Below, piece by piece: positions 58,583-64,000 of a stretch of 64,000 bases of DNA. The notes under the pieces were generated by a model. It made no database searches. It saw only the letters and a list, made by a program, of their open reading frames with translations, and had not been told where the DNA came from. The stretch is from a virus, in IMG/VR virus record IMGVR_UViG_3300029704_000004, one strand, 5' to 3'. A program made the translations under genes and the position numbers. Position 1 is the stretch's first letter. The number at the start of each line of letters is the position of its first letter.

Positions 58583-59005
58583 TTATATAAAGAACAGAAT
58601 AATATTACTTAAAATAAGAGCAACAATAATAGCAAATAATATACGTGCTTCTTTATTGCGTGCTCTAATAGTTTTCTCAAGAGAATCAATTCTACCATAA
58701 AGAGCTTTATTGTGCTCTTCAAAAGTAGAAATACTCTTATTTTTATTATCTATTGTTGCATTAAGAGCAGCAATAGTTTTTTCTTGATTACTTTGAATTT
58801 CTTCACTCTTATCAAGAGAATCTTTAAGAATTTCAATTCTCTTTTCATTAGTAAGTTGAAGTTTCTTGTATGTATCAATAGTCTTACTTGACTTACGTTC
58901 AGTGTCATCTTTACGAAGAATAATACTTACAAGTTCTTCAACATTCTTTTTACTAAGTTTAGTTCTACGACGCTTATCAGCAGAACTTAATTCTTTTTCT
59001 TTCAT
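58583..59005 (-). CDS. tail-anchored coiled-coil membrane protein
   Basis: 140 aa. Long heptad-like K/E-rich region followed by a C-terminal transmembrane helix ILFAIIVALILSNIILFFI. Confidence 0.55.
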   Translation of the reverse strand: MKEKELSSADKRRRTKLSKKNVEELVSIILRKDDTERKSSKTIDTYKKLQLTNEKRIEILKDSLDKSEEIQSNQEKTIAALNATIDNKNKSISTFEEHNKALYGRIDSLEKTIRARNKEARILFAIIVALILSNIILFFI

Positions 59006-59025
59006 AATTCTCTTATATTTAAAAA

Positions 59026-59175
59026 TTAATAATCAAAGTCAATATCATCGCCAAAGCCAGAACCATCACCATCCTCAGCTTTTATTTCTCCATATAAATC
59101 ATAATCATCAATATCATTATTTATACAGAAGGCATCAACTTCTTGGGCATTTAAATCAAATTCATTATCTGTCAT
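59026..59175 (-). CDS. very acidic 49-aa protein
   Basis: The listed start 59211 is a TTG overlapping the promoter box, so the ATG at 59175 is preferred. It gives MTDNEFDLNAQEVDAFCINNDIDDYDLYGEIKAEDGDGSGFGDDIDFDY: 17 acidic residues and 1 basic. Confidence 0.5.
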   Translation of the reverse strand: MTDNEFDLNAQEVDAFCINNDIDDYDLYGEIKAEDGDGSGFGDDIDFDY

Positions 59176-59208
59176 AACACTTAATAGTTTATTTATTAAT
59201 ATTTGCTG

Positions 59209-59216
59209 CAAAGATA
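59209..59216 (-). promoter_or_regulatory. Bacteroidota-type -7 box (TATCTTTG) on the - strand
   Basis: Reads CATTATCTTTGCAGCAAAT on the - strand, 34 nt upstream of the ATG at 59175. Confidence 0.5.
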
Positions 59217-59249
59217 ATGAATTTGATTAATATTCCAATATTCTTTAAC

Positions 59250-59447
59250 TTATATTGCGATAGGTTTACTGTTACTAACACTAAAAGGATAAATATTAAT
59301 AAGTTTACCCTTATAACCATACATTTGAAAACGCTTCTTAGCTAGCTTTCTAGCATGATTAAGACCCATACTTGTACTAATCATTAAAGAACCATCTCTA
59401 CGTTCTTTAACTCTATTACTAATAAAATAATATTTTGTTACACACAT
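59250..59447 (-). CDS. hypothetical small basic protein
   Basis: 65-aa ORF preceded by the AAGGAGAAC leader also seen at two other genes. Confidence 0.5.
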   Translation of the reverse strand: MCVTKYYFISNRVKERRDGSLMISTSMGLNHARKLAKKRFQMYGYKGKLINIYPFSVSNSKPIAI

Positions 59448-59522
59448 AATAAGTTCTCCTTATTTAATTAATTAATTAATAAATAGTAGTAGCACTATTT
59501 CTAGTACTACTACTTATAAAGA

Positions 59523-60065
59523 TTAGTCAAACATGATATGTTTAGCCAACTCGAATACCATTTGCTTACCAAACTCTCCAAGACGAATATCAAATACATG
59601 ATTGTAATAAGAATCATGCTTAACAACAGTTGGAGTAGCATTATCACTAAATGGATTACGATATTCTTGTCCTTCAGCAACAGCTTCCTGAACAATGTTA
59701 ATAGTTGCACCACTAAGAATCACACCAATTCTCTTAGGTGATTCAAGAAGCGCATTACCAGCAAATGCTACATCTGGAATTTCACGAAGAGTAGCAATCA
59801 AACTAAAGTTACTTACAAAGATAACATTTACAAGACCAATTACATACTCACTTGTAATATCGGCATCAGCTGGAACACCATCTTTACCAGGAGTCTTACC
59901 AAGGTTAGGATTAGCTACATAACCCTTAACAGGTTTGTCAAGAGTAATTGCAACTCTTGCATAGTTAGTCATTTCAGTAGTATTAATATTACGAATAGTA
60001 ACATCCTTTACTACGTTATTTGCACCATTGTTTACTAACTCACTAATAACTTTCTTTGAATCCAT
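59523..60065 (-). CDS. hypothetical protein
   Basis: 180-aa ORF with GC-richer codon usage than its neighbours. Confidence 0.55.
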   Translation of the reverse strand: MDSKKVISELVNNGANNVVKDVTIRNINTTEMTNYARVAITLDKPVKGYVANPNLGKTPGKDGVPADADITSEYVIGLVNVIFVSNFSLIATLREIPDVAFAGNALLESPKRIGVILSGATINIVQEAVAEGQEYRNPFSDNATPTVVKHDSYYNHVFDIRLGEFGKQMVFELAKHIMFD

Positions 60066-60111
60066 AATTCTTTAATTTAAAATGTTTATAATGTTAATTA
60101 ATACGAATAAT

Positions 60112-60429
60112 TTATTTATATACTTTACCACTAGTTAAACTTTCATTTATTTCTCTACTATAGAAATTATCTCCATCTATATTAGATAAATCAATATGTT
60201 TACTAAATGCTAAAGAATCTATTGAATCTTTATATTTCATACCTTTTACGGGGCGGCTAGAACTATTATCTGGTTCTACCATATTAATATTATGATTATT
60301 ATAATTAATATTATTTTCATCATATATTAATATTCCATTAAGATAAATAATATAACTAAATATACTTAATAATAAAATAATAATAAGTATCAGCAATAGT
60401 TTATTTTCTGTTTTCTTTTCCATAATCAA
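60112..60429 (-). CDS. membrane-anchored protein
   Basis: N-terminal transmembrane helix LLLILIIILLLSIFSYIIYL. Carries motif copy 17, read as SSSRPVKGM. Confidence 0.5.
   Translation of the reverse strand: MIMEKKTENKLLLILIIILLLSIFSYIIYLNGILIYDENNINYNNHNINMVEPDNSSSRPVKGMKYKDSIDSLAFSKHIDLSNIDGDNFYSREINESLTSGKVYK
60238..60263 (+). repeat. GC-rich dispersed word, forward copy 17
   Basis: CATACCTTTTACGGGGCGGCTAGAAC; antisense within CDS 60112..60429. Confidence 0.9.
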
Positions 60430-60511
60430 ATAAATTAATTAAATAAACTAGTACTATCTTCACAGACCGTACTAGTAGCAACAGAACTTTATTTTGGAAA
60501 TGGGAAGTCTT

Positions 60512-60664
60512 TTATTCATCTTTATCAACGTTATTAATTATAACAATACCACTTATAAAAAGTAGTACAATCCCAATTACATTTATAAAACTTATATGGT
60601 CATCAGCACCATGACTTATAAGTATTAAAGATAAGAACAGAATTGGTACTGCAATTATCTTCAT
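60512..60664 (-). CDS. small two-helix membrane protein (50 aa), not in the ORF track
   Basis: MKIIAVPILFLSLILISHGADDHISFINVIGIVLLFISGIVIINNVDKDE. Confidence 0.4.
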   Translation of the reverse strand: MKIIAVPILFLSLILISHGADDHISFINVIGIVLLFISGIVIINNVDKDE

Positions 60665-60687
60665 TATGTATTTTATTAAATCTATCT

Positions 60688-60933
60688 TCATAGTTCTTCT
60701 ACAATTTTAATATTAATATTATCAACGTTGTAAATATCAATTAAATCACGTTTAATAATATCACAATCATCAACAACAATAGAATAATCTTCAAGAGTAC
60801 CAAATATTCTTTTATCTTTAGTATCATTATCGATAGTATTATCTTTATTAATAGCACTTATATCTTTGACTATATTAATAAGAAATAAAATATCTCTTTT
60901 AGTGATACCTATAGTATTATCTTTCCAAATCAT
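60688..60933 (-). CDS. hypothetical protein
   Basis: 81-aa ORF with an ATG start. Confidence 0.5.
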   Translation of the reverse strand: MIWKDNTIGITKRDILFLINIVKDISAINKDNTIDNDTKDKRIFGTLEDYSIVVDDCDIIKRDLIDIYNVDNINIKIVEEL

Positions 60934-61239
60934 AACATTAATATATATTGAGATTAAACATTCAGTAACTAAAGACTTATTAAATCAAGTATAGTAATAT
61001 CCAGTAAATCAGGTCAAGAGAGTAAGAATTGGACTTAAAGTCTTGTAAACAAGAGATAAAGGAGATAAAATAGATGATTAGATAAGTCGGATGAGCAACA
61101 GTAATAATAGTTGGAAGAGTAATATGATTAATAATAAGGTTAAAGTGAAAGGAAGATGAGAATAAGGAATTGTTGTAGGAATAGTTATAGCAAATATTCT
61201 ACATATACTTCCATTCACTTCAACTTTATAACAAACTCT

Positions 61240-61458
61240 TTAAATAACTCTTACTTTAACTCCAACTATATTTTCATATAATAAAGTTAATCCTTTACCA
61301 TCTTCATCCATAAATGCTATACCTATGTCTCCATAAGCTACTTTATCATAACAATTATAAATCATATTATTGGTTTCAATTAATATATGAACCAATTCAT
61401 CTTCTTTAAGATAATCATTATAATCTTTAACTATCTTTTGTACTAAATGTTTATTCAT
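61240..61458 (-). CDS. hypothetical ~72-aa protein (small paralogue set)
   Basis: Similar length and alternating hydrophobic pattern to 61745..61969 and 62027..62245. Confidence 0.5.
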   Translation of the reverse strand: MNKHLVQKIVKDYNDYLKEDELVHILIETNNMIYNCYDKVAYGDIGIAFMDEDGKGLTLLYENIVGVKVRVI

Positions 61459-61486
61459 ATCTTTATTTGTTTAATTATTAACTCTT

Positions 61487-61656
61487 ATTGGTGTAACAAT
61501 GGCTCAAGTCTCGTTTCACTCAACTTTCGGCTTAATTTATATATAAATAAATATATAATAACTGCGTTATTATATTATATATTTATTTATATATAAATAT
61601 ACGTGCGTGCGTATGCGTGTACGTGCGTGCGCGTGTAATTCTTAATGTTACACCAA
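61487..61656. other. composite structure: outer 11-bp inverted repeat enclosing an AT-rich cruciform and a 41-nt alternating purine-pyrimidine tract
   Basis: TTGGTGTAACA (61488..61498) pairs with TGTTACACCAA (61646..61656). The inner hairpin arms are 61537..61561 and 61567..61596 (16 + 9 bp, 5-nt bulge, loop CTGCG). 61597..61637 is ATATACGTGCGTGCGTATGCGTGTACGTGCGTGCGCGTGTA, with strict R-Y alternation. Confidence 0.8.
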
Positions 61657-61743
61657 ATCACTATGATTTATATAATTATAAGGATATTCATAATCATTAA
61701 TATTATCATAAATATCCTCATAATCAATAGTATCTACACTCAT
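61648..61743 (-). CDS. possible 31-aa acidic Tyr-rich peptide
   Basis: ATG at 61743, 1 nt after the upstream stop, gives MSVDTIDYEDIYDNINDYEYPYNYINHSDLV. The longer listed ORF (start 61854) overlaps gene 61745..61969. Confidence 0.3.
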   Translation of the reverse strand: MSVDTIDYEDIYDNINDYEYPYNYINHSDLV

Positions 61744-61744
61744 G

Positions 61745-61969
61745 TTATTTTTGAAACTGAATACCAATAATATCATCAAAATTAATAGTTTCACCATAAA
61801 CGCCGCTATAAGTCCAAGACAAAACACTAATATTATCACCATCAATATTATCAATGATAGCTTTATTAACTACATATTCACCTTCACCTTTATTAACTCT
61901 AATAGTAAGACTTTTATCATTAAAAGCCTTATAAGCTACAAGAATAGCTAAAATCATTGTTTTATCCAT
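61745..61969 (-). CDS. hypothetical ~74-aa protein (small paralogue set)
   Basis: Preceded by a 19-nt leader identical to that of gene 62027..62245. Confidence 0.5.
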   Translation of the reverse strand: MDKTMILAILVAYKAFNDKSLTIRVNKGEGEYVVNKAIIDNIDGDNISVLSWTYSGVYGETINFDDIIGIQFQK

Positions 61970-62026
61970 AATATAGTTCTCCTATACTTTAAAAATTAAT
62001 ACTAAAATAATGAGCAGTTTTAATAC

Positions 62027-62245
62027 TTACTCAGGTACATTTCTAACATTGATTTCAACAATCTTATCATAAGCAACATAAGGTGCATATTTATCATTAC
62101 TAAAATATACACCTTTTGTATCAAAATCATTTACTTCAACATTATTATAAACATTACCATTATTTGTAACAATAGTAACATTAACACTATCATCCTTTAT
62201 AGGCATAATAGCTTCGCAAATATTCATCGCTAAATAATTATTCAT
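62027..62245 (-). CDS. hypothetical ~72-aa protein (small paralogue set)
   Basis: Leader CATAATATAGTTCTCCTAT (62243..62261) is identical to 61967..61985. Confidence 0.5.
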   Translation of the reverse strand: MNNYLAMNICEAIMPIKDDSVNVTIVTNNGNVYNNVEVNDFDTKGVYFSNDKYAPYVAYDKIVEINVRNVPE

Positions 62246-62327
62246 AATATAGTTCTCCTATTTTAAATTAATAATAAGAAAAGTCTTAAAAGTCTTATAA
62301 GGAATTTTACTAACTTTTCACTGTCGG

Positions 62328-62397
62328 GTCTTGTTTTTTTCTTGATGACCAAGTCTTGTTCTTTTCTTGATGAGCACTCTCATTTTTTTCTTGATGA
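62328..62397. repeat. three tandem copies of a ~21-nt direct repeat GTCTTGTTTTTTTCTTGATGA
   Basis: Copies at 62328..62348, 62353..62373 and 62378..62397 (the third is divergent at its 5' end). Intergenic, upstream (- sense) of gene 62027..62245. Confidence 0.8.
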
Positions 62398-62426
62398 GTT
62401 GCAAGAGTAAGAACAAAACTAACAAG

Positions 62427-62449
62427 GAGTAGAGCACTAAGCTCTACTC
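62427..62449 (-). terminator. hairpin just after gene 62458..63003
   Basis: 9-bp stem GAGTAGAGC / GCTCTACTC with a 5-nt loop, followed in the - sense by a moderately T-rich stretch. Confidence 0.45.
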
Positions 62450-62457
62450 TAGGTTAA

Positions 62458-63003
62458 CTACTTGTTCTCAACAGGCTTTTCAGCAACAACTTCAGTAACT
62501 TCAGCAGCAACAGTCTTGCTTGCATTAACTGCTGCAAGAACCATCGTAGGAGTCTTTGGTGCATCAAAGATGATAGCTTGATTCAAATCACAAGGCTCGA
62601 TAGCTTTGATTTGATTATCATATCGTTCTCCTTTAGTCACTGCTTTAGAACCATCACTGAGTTGATATTCAGTGCCAGAAGCTTGTAATTCACTAGTGAA
62701 TGTAATCACACTGCCAAGTAGCAAATCTCTTGCTACTTCTTGGCTCATTTCATAAGGATTAATACCTGAAATGAAGTAAGAATGCAGAGGAGCAACTTCA
62801 TTCACAAAATGAACGAATTGCTTCAAGGTAAACTTGATAAAGTTCACTTTAGCTTTCTCAAATGTGATTGCACCAGTTGTGGTATCAACATTACGTTTGA
62901 AACCATCAAACATAGCATTTGTAAATATCTTGATATTCACAACACCATCAACATTAGACAACTCAACACGATTGATAACTGCTTTAATCTGTAACATAAT
63001 CAT
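62458..63003 (-). CDS. hypothetical protein, first gene of the - strand block
   Basis: 181-aa ORF flanked on both sides by the 21-nt direct repeats. GC-richer codon usage. Confidence 0.55.
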   Translation of the reverse strand: MIMLQIKAVINRVELSNVDGVVNIKIFTNAMFDGFKRNVDTTTGAITFEKAKVNFIKFTLKQFVHFVNEVAPLHSYFISGINPYEMSQEVARDLLLGSVITFTSELQASGTEYQLSDGSKAVTKGERYDNQIKAIEPCDLNQAIIFDAPKTPTMVLAAVNASKTVAAEVTEVVAEKPVENK

Positions 63004-63066
63004 AAAAATTTAAATAATTATAATCAGTTGGTACACGACCAACAGCAGAAGTCCTTCTCCTGCCAA

Positions 63067-63113
63067 GTCTTGTTTTTTTCTTGATGAATTGTTCTTGTTT
63101 TTTCTTGATTGAG
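63067..63113. repeat. two more copies of the 21-nt direct repeat
   Basis: GTCTTGTTTTTTTCTTGATGA (63067..63087) and GTTCTTGTTTTTTCTTGATTGA (63091..63113), upstream (- sense) of gene 62458..63003. Confidence 0.8.
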
Positions 63114-63199
63114 AGAAGCATGCTTTCCTTTAGCTCCTTGACGGGGGAGTTCAATTCGTTATCTTAACGGCGGGGGTTGCTAGTAATACTCCCTCCCTC

Positions 63200-63715
63200 A
63201 CAATTATTTATATCATATACTATATAGGTCTTTTTTATTACCTTTATCTTTTATTTTATTTCTATTTTATTCTTAGTTTTTATTTCTATTTTATTTTTAT
63301 GTTTATTTCATACGTCTCTATTACTTTTTATTTTCTTTTAAGTTTATAGTCAACTATATTTATATAATTGTGTCTATTTTATGTTTATTTTTATTCTATT
63401 TTATTTATTATTTACTATACTTACTATATACTCCACTTTTTCTTTCATATCTTTACGTTCAATTTTATTTCTTATTTTATTTTCATTATTAGCTTTTCTC
63501 TTATTCTTATTTCATGTTTATCTCTATCTTTTCTACTATTTCATCTTTATTTCTATTTCTTTTTATTACTCTTTATTAATTTTTAGTTTTATCTTTATAC
63601 TATTTATCTCTATTTACTTTATCATTTCCTATATTACTTCTATTTTATTGCTATATTACTACTATATTGTCTATATCGCTTATATTATATATCTTATAAG
63701 ATATAACAAATGACG
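63200..63715. other. G-depleted, T-rich low-complexity field with degenerate TATTTCTATTTTATT repeats
   Basis: About 520 bp with very few G on the + strand. There are exact 15-nt copies at 63257..63271 and 63281..63295, and related copies near 63392, 63551 and 63640. No credible gene. Confidence 0.75.
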
Positions 63716-63753
63716 CAATTCATTGATACTCAGGTACTTAGTGATTTTAAAAA

Positions 63754-63840
63754 TTGCGCATATTGCAATTTTTTGACTTCATATAGAAGAAAAAGTTGCA
63801 CGTACAGCAATTTTTTGCAAAAAAGTTGCACATATTGCAA
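63754..63840. promoter_or_regulatory. three operator-like palindromes TTGC-N7-GCAA
   Basis: TTGCGCATATTGCAA (63754..63768), TTGCACGTACAGCAA (63796..63810) and TTGCACATATTGCAA (63826..63840). Each is flanked by A-run/T-run extensions (AAAAATTGC ... GCAATTTTT). The third overlaps the -33 position of the adjacent promoter. Confidence 0.6.
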
Positions 63841-63848
63841 TTTTTCGC

Positions 63849-63856
63849 TATCTTTG
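63849..63856 (+). promoter_or_regulatory. Bacteroidota-type -7 box (TATCTTTG) for the + strand gene at 63899
   Basis: GCTATCTTTGCAGTA. A GTTG lies 20 nt upstream and the ATG 43 nt downstream. Confidence 0.55.
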
Positions 63857-63898
63857 CAGTACTTAAAGATAGTAGTAATAATTCAATTAATTAACAAT

Positions 63899-64000
63899 AT
63901 GAGAAAATTAGGTAAAACGTATATAACTTTATTTGGTAATACTATAGAAATTGATAGTAATACAAGTATAGAAAATAAAGTAAGTATAAAAGCTAAAGCA
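63899..64000 (+). CDS. 5' part of a + strand gene running off the window
   Basis: ATG at 63899 gives MRKLGKTYITLFGNTIEIDSNTSIENKVSIKAKA..., 34 codons with no stop to the window edge. Confidence 0.45.
   Translation, partial: MRKLGKTYITLFGNTIEIDSNTSIENKVSIKAKA

Noticed and set aside
5071-60263. The GC-rich word as a host-type promoter.
   Set aside because: It lacks the TTTG / TAnnTTTG elements, occurs in both orientations inside long genes, and its position bears no consistent relation to gene starts.
32388-63003. A lysogeny module (integrase, excisionase, CI-like switch) or known defence systems.
   Set aside because: I recognised no tyrosine or serine recombinase motifs and no hallmark defence-system domains in any translation. 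Many small ORFs remain uninterpretable without searches.
63368-63713. ORFs 63368..63586 and 63381..63713, which encode almost pure F/L/I/Y/S polypeptides.
   Set aside because: They lie in the G-depleted T-rich repeat field. The 'proteins' are low-complexity translations of TTT/ATT/CTT-type repeats with no charged loops, promoter or leader. The long open frames are odd and are noted in the findings, but I do not accept them as genes.
63200-63715. The repeat field or the 21-nt repeats as a CRISPR array.
   Set aside because: The repeats are degenerate, irregularly spaced and have no unique spacers of constant length. No cas genes are present.
1-64000. Many antisense or alternative-frame ORFs in the track, such as 1553..1762, 6348..6632, 20769..21245, 23409..24065, 29850..30503, 35570..36058, 38131..38769, 43722..44279 and 46577..47053.
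   Set aside because: All are embedded in much longer ORFs with recognisable motifs or consistent gene packing. Their translations are I/F/N/K/S-rich shadows typical of AT-rich DNA.
1-64000. Stop-codon reassignment (TAG or TGA recoding), as reported for some crAss-like lineages.
   Set aside because: Under the standard code the window already yields uninterrupted ORFs of 4469, 2338 and 1182 codons and gap-free gene packing. The tRNA has a normal UUG anticodon. The single ATG-TGA oddity at 38032 is insufficient evidence.

Overview
The window is AT-rich (roughly 30% GC by eye), densely coding phage DNA whose organisation matches a crAss-like (Crassvirales) podophage. I ran no homology search. 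All family calls rest on motifs I could read in the supplied translations.

**Layout**
- 1..31424 is a + strand virion module of six tightly packed, very large genes:
  - a 5'-truncated structural gene;
  - a protein with a lytic transglycosylase (SLT) domain;
  - a 2338-aa HExxH protein;
  - a 4469-aa protein carrying the DFDID catalytic motif expected of the crAss-type virion RNA polymerase.
- 31425..32387 is a convergent, ORF-free zone. It holds a tRNA-Gln(UUG), terminator hairpins and a long, stem-rich candidate ncRNA.
- 32388..63003 is a - strand replication, nucleotide-metabolism and early module.
  - Recognisable products: dUTPase, ThyX, ATP-dependent ligase, TOPRIM primase, SSB-like and RecT-like proteins, a Dda/RecD-like SF1 helicase and a UDG-like protein.
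  - It also carries a family B DNA polymerase split by a group I intron, plus many small ORFs.
- 63004..63898 is a divergent control region.
- A new + strand gene starts at 63899.

**Most notable observations**
1. A ~20-25 nt GC-rich word, CATACCTTTTACGGGG(C/G)GGCTAGA, occurs 17 times. It lies on both strands, inside genes in all three reading frames, and between genes, where it forms inverted-repeat hairpins.
2. A group I intron with a GIY-YIG homing endonuclease interrupts polymerase motif A.
3. A 170-bp nested inverted repeat encloses an AT-rich cruciform and a 41-nt perfectly alternating purine-pyrimidine (Z-DNA-prone) tract.
4. The control region has 21-nt direct repeats, a ~520-bp G-depleted T-rich repeat field, and three TTGC-N7-GCAA palindromes overlapping a Bacteroidota-type promoter.
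5. A structured, ORF-free ~0.4-0.7 kb region sits next to the tRNA.

I saw no CRISPR array, integrase, rRNA or evidence of stop-codon reassignment.
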